Assembly (NCBI GenBank): GCA_036381125.1
Contig: DASVDK010000198.1
Location: 1 to 37,671, forward strand
Origin: Thermodesulfobacteriota bacterium
GTDB lineage: Bacteria; DASVDK01
Length of the DNA stretch: 37,671 nt
Direction of reading: 5' to 3'
The notes under the pieces were generated by a model. It was not told where the DNA came from. It did not search any database and worked only from the letters and a program-made list of their open reading frames with translations. This document shows positions 35,337 through 37,671 of this stretch, one piece after another. Each line of letters opens with the position of its first letter. Position 1 is the first letter of the stretch. Made by a program: the position numbers and the translations under genes.

Positions 35337-36374
35337 CTAGGATCCGCCCTGGCCCCGCCGCCGGCGAGGGGCGGCGGTGCTGCGGCGCAGGACCAGGTCG
35401 GTCGGGACGTGCTCGACGCGCAGCTCGGGACCGGGAGGATCGAGGGCGAGGGTGAGGGCGCGCGCCCCGAGGTCGGACATCGGCACGTGCACGGTCGTGA
35501 GGGGCGGCTCGACGTCGCGGGCGAGCGGGATGTCGTCGAAGCCGGCGACGGAGACGTCCTCGGGCACGCGCAGCCCCCGCTCGCGCAGCACGGCGAGGAC
35601 GCCGACCGCCATGGGGTCGTTGAGGGCGACGACGACGGTCGCCTGCGGCGCCCGCTCGAGAAGCACGCGCGCGGCCTCGGCCCCGCCGTCGCGGGAGAAG
35701 TCGCCGCCGACGACCCGATCGGGCGGCAGGACGAGGCCGGCCTCGGCCAGCGCGCCGCGGAGCCCCTCGAGGCGGTCGCGGGTGGTGGTGAGCCGCTCGG
35801 GGCCGCTCACGACGGCGAACTCCCGGTGTCCCATGGCGACCAGGGCCCGCCCGAGGGCGCGCGCCCCGCCGCTGTTGTCGGGGATCACGGCGTCGCCCGG
35901 CACGTGGTGGCGCCCGATGAAGGCGGCCCGGCCCCCCTCCGCGGCGAGGGCGGCGACCTGTCCGGTCATCTCCAGCGCGAACTCCCGGTCGTCGATCCCG
36001 CCGCCCGCGAGGACGAGGGCGCCGACGCGCTGGGCGCGCAGGAGCGCGACGTAGGCGAGCTCCCGCTCGGGGTCCCGGTAGCTGTTGCAGATGGTGACGA
36101 GGCGGCCCGCCTCGCTCGCCACCCGCTGCACGCCGCGCATGATCTCGGCGAAGTAGGGGTCGCTCACGTCGTGGACGACGACGCCGACGGCGGGCGAGGT
36201 GGCGCCGACGAGGGCGCGGGCGTGCGCGTTCGGCACGAAGCGCAGCTCGCGCACCGCCTCGAGCACCCGCGCGCGCAGTTCGCCGGTCACGCCGCGGCGG
36301 CTGCCGTTGATGACGCGCGAGACGGTTGCCGGCGACACGCCCGCGCGGCGCGCGACGTCGGCGAGGGTCGCCAT
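35337..36374 (-). CDS. LacI-family transcriptional regulator
   Basis: MATLADVARRAGVSPATVSRVING HTH, PNAHARAL hinge, VPEDVSVAGFDD, PPLTTV. Confidence 0.95.
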   Translation of the reverse strand: MATLADVARRAGVSPATVSRVINGSRRGVTGELRARVLEAVRELRFVPNAHARALVGATSPAVGVVVHDVSDPYFAEIMRGVQRVASEAGRLVTICNSYRDPERELAYVALLRAQRVGALVLAGGGIDDREFALEMTGQVAALAAEGGRAAFIGRHHVPGDAVIPDNSGGARALGRALVAMGHREFAVVSGPERLTTTRDRLEGLRGALAEAGLVLPPDRVVGGDFSRDGGAEAARVLLERAPQATVVVALNDPMAVGVLAVLRERGLRVPEDVSVAGFDDIPLARDVEPPLTTVHVPMSDLGARALTLALDPPGPELRVEHVPTDLVLRRSTAAPRRRRGQGGS

Positions 36375-37439
36375 CTACCGGAGCCAGCCGTCGAGGCGCT
36401 CGGCCACGAACGCGTCGTCGGTGAGGTGCGGGTACGCGGCCAGGACGCGGTCGATCTCGGCCATCTGCCCGGGCGACAGCTCCTCGCGCGGGTCGAGGCA
36501 CCACCGGCCGGCGAGCAGGCCCTGGCGGCGCAGGACCTCGTGGATGCCGGGCAGGCAGCCGGCGAAGCCGTGCGCGGGGTCGAAGAGGGCCGCGTTGGCG
36601 TCGGTCAGCTCGTTGGCGAGGACGAGCAGCGCCGGCGGGACCGGCTCGCCCGACTCGACGACGCCGCGGACCGTCTCGAACGTCTCGACGGCCCGCCGCG
36701 TCCAGACCGCCCACTGGCCGAGGAGGCCGCCGGCGATCCGCACGGTGCACGCCCCGTCCGCCGTGCGCAGCCGGTAGGGGCCGAGGAGGTCGAGGAGGAT
36801 GTGGTCGTCGTTGCCGGTGTAGAGCGCGACGTCGCCGGCGCGGCCGGCGTCGACGACGGCGCGCACGACGTCGAGGGTGTCGTAGCGGTTGAACGGCGCG
36901 ATCTTGATGGCGGCGACGTTCTCGATCTCGGCGAAGCGGCGCCAGAAGGCGTAGCCGAGCCGGCGGCCGCCGACGGCCGGCTGGAGGTAGAAGCCGAAGA
37001 GCGGCCGCACCTCCGCGACGGCCCGGCAGTGGGCGAGGAGCGTGTCGTCGTCGGCCCCGGCAAAGGCGCCGAGCTGCGGCATGACGAGGTCGTAGCCGAG
37101 GTCGGCGGCCAGGCGCGCCTCGGCCACGGCCTGCGCGGTCTTCCCGCAGACGCCGGCCACGCGCACGAGCGGCCCCCGATCCCGCTCGCGCATCGTCGCC
37201 ATCGCCAGCTCGAGGACCGGACGCAGGAGGCCGACCGCGGGATCGCGGATGGCGAACTGCGTGCTGTGCACCGCCACGGCGAGGCCGCCGGCGCCGGCGT
37301 CGAGGTAGTAGCGGGTGAGGGCGCGCTGGCGCCGCTCGTCGAGCGTGCGGCGCTCGGTGAGGGCGAGCGGGTGCGCCGGGATGACGAGGCCGCGGCGGAG
37401 GGCGGCGGCGCGATCGGGGTCGAGGCGAGGGAGCGGCAT
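36375..37439 (-). CDS. Dihydrodipicolinate synthase / class I aldolase-like protein
   Basis: VIPAHPLAL, AGAGGLAVAVHSTQF, FYLQPAVGG, AIKIAPFNRY (Schiff-base Lys), LYTGNDD. Confidence 0.85.
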   Translation of the reverse strand: MPLPRLDPDRAAALRRGLVIPAHPLALTERRTLDERRQRALTRYYLDAGAGGLAVAVHSTQFAIRDPAVGLLRPVLELAMATMRERDRGPLVRVAGVCGKTAQAVAEARLAADLGYDLVMPQLGAFAGADDDTLLAHCRAVAEVRPLFGFYLQPAVGGRRLGYAFWRRFAEIENVAAIKIAPFNRYDTLDVVRAVVDAGRAGDVALYTGNDDHILLDLLGPYRLRTADGACTVRIAGGLLGQWAVWTRRAVETFETVRGVVESGEPVPPALLVLANELTDANAALFDPAHGFAGCLPGIHEVLRRQGLLAGRWCLDPREELSPGQMAEIDRVLAAYPHLTDDAFVAERLDGWLR

Positions 37440-37442
37440 CGG

Positions 37443-37671
37443 CTAGAACTCCCCGGTCCGCACCTGGAAGCGGGTCGGCTTGCCGAGCGTGCGGCCGCCG
37501 CGGGCGAGCCAGTCGGCGGTCCACTCGACGAGGCGGTCGAGCGGGACCGACGGCCGCCCCATGAGCGCCCACTGGCGGCCGGCGTGACTGAGGAGCGCCG
37601 TCGCCGCCTCGCGCCCGACGAAGCGGGGCGCCGGCGCGCCGAGACGCGCGGCGAGGCGGGTGGCGAGGTCG
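37443..37671 (-). CDS. C-terminal part of a probable NAD-dependent epimerase/dehydratase (truncated by the window edge)
   Basis: ...TALLSHAGRQWALMGRPSVPLDRLVEWTADWLARGGRTLGKPTRFQVRTGEF-stop, the C-terminus typical of the epimerase that accompanies this DHDPS-like clade; only about 75 codons visible. Confidence 0.6.
   Translation of the reverse strand, partial: DLATRLAARLGAPAPRFVGREAATALLSHAGRQWALMGRPSVPLDRLVEWTADWLARGGRTLGKPTRFQVRTGEF

Noticed and set aside
1-37671. CRISPR array, tRNA/rRNA, IS element, integrase or prophage
   Set aside because: No regularly spaced repeats, cloverleaf or rRNA signatures, terminal inverted repeats or recombinase motifs were found by inspection

Overview
A GC-rich bacterial chromosomal segment packed with catabolic and transport genes: four ABC importers (three PotABCD-like, one carbohydrate CUT1-like), four regulators (LysR, two GntR, LacI) and two toxin-antitoxin pairs (vapBC, and AbiEi/AbiEii-like with a 1-nt frameshift in the toxin). 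It also holds a split aconitase-X / aldehyde dehydrogenase / beta-hydroxyacid dehydrogenase operon. The highlight (18.5-35.2 kb) is a non-canonical glycine/sarcosine/betaine-reductase-like (Grd) selenoprotein cluster that the ORF track breaks apart. grdA and grdB each read through an in-frame UGA (selenocysteine) followed by a perfect hairpin with a GGG loop (SECIS-like). The GrdB motif is UxxGxxC instead of UxxCxxC, the GrdE-like subunit lacks the pyruvoyl-forming Cys, and no grdD or trxAB is in the window. The cluster lies in one co-directional run with a DszC/SfnB-like flavoprotein, two ABC importers, an M20 hydrolase with a degenerate metal site and an amidohydrolase. No rRNA, tRNA, CRISPR array, transposase or integrase was seen. 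All family calls come from motif recognition by eye, not from database searches.
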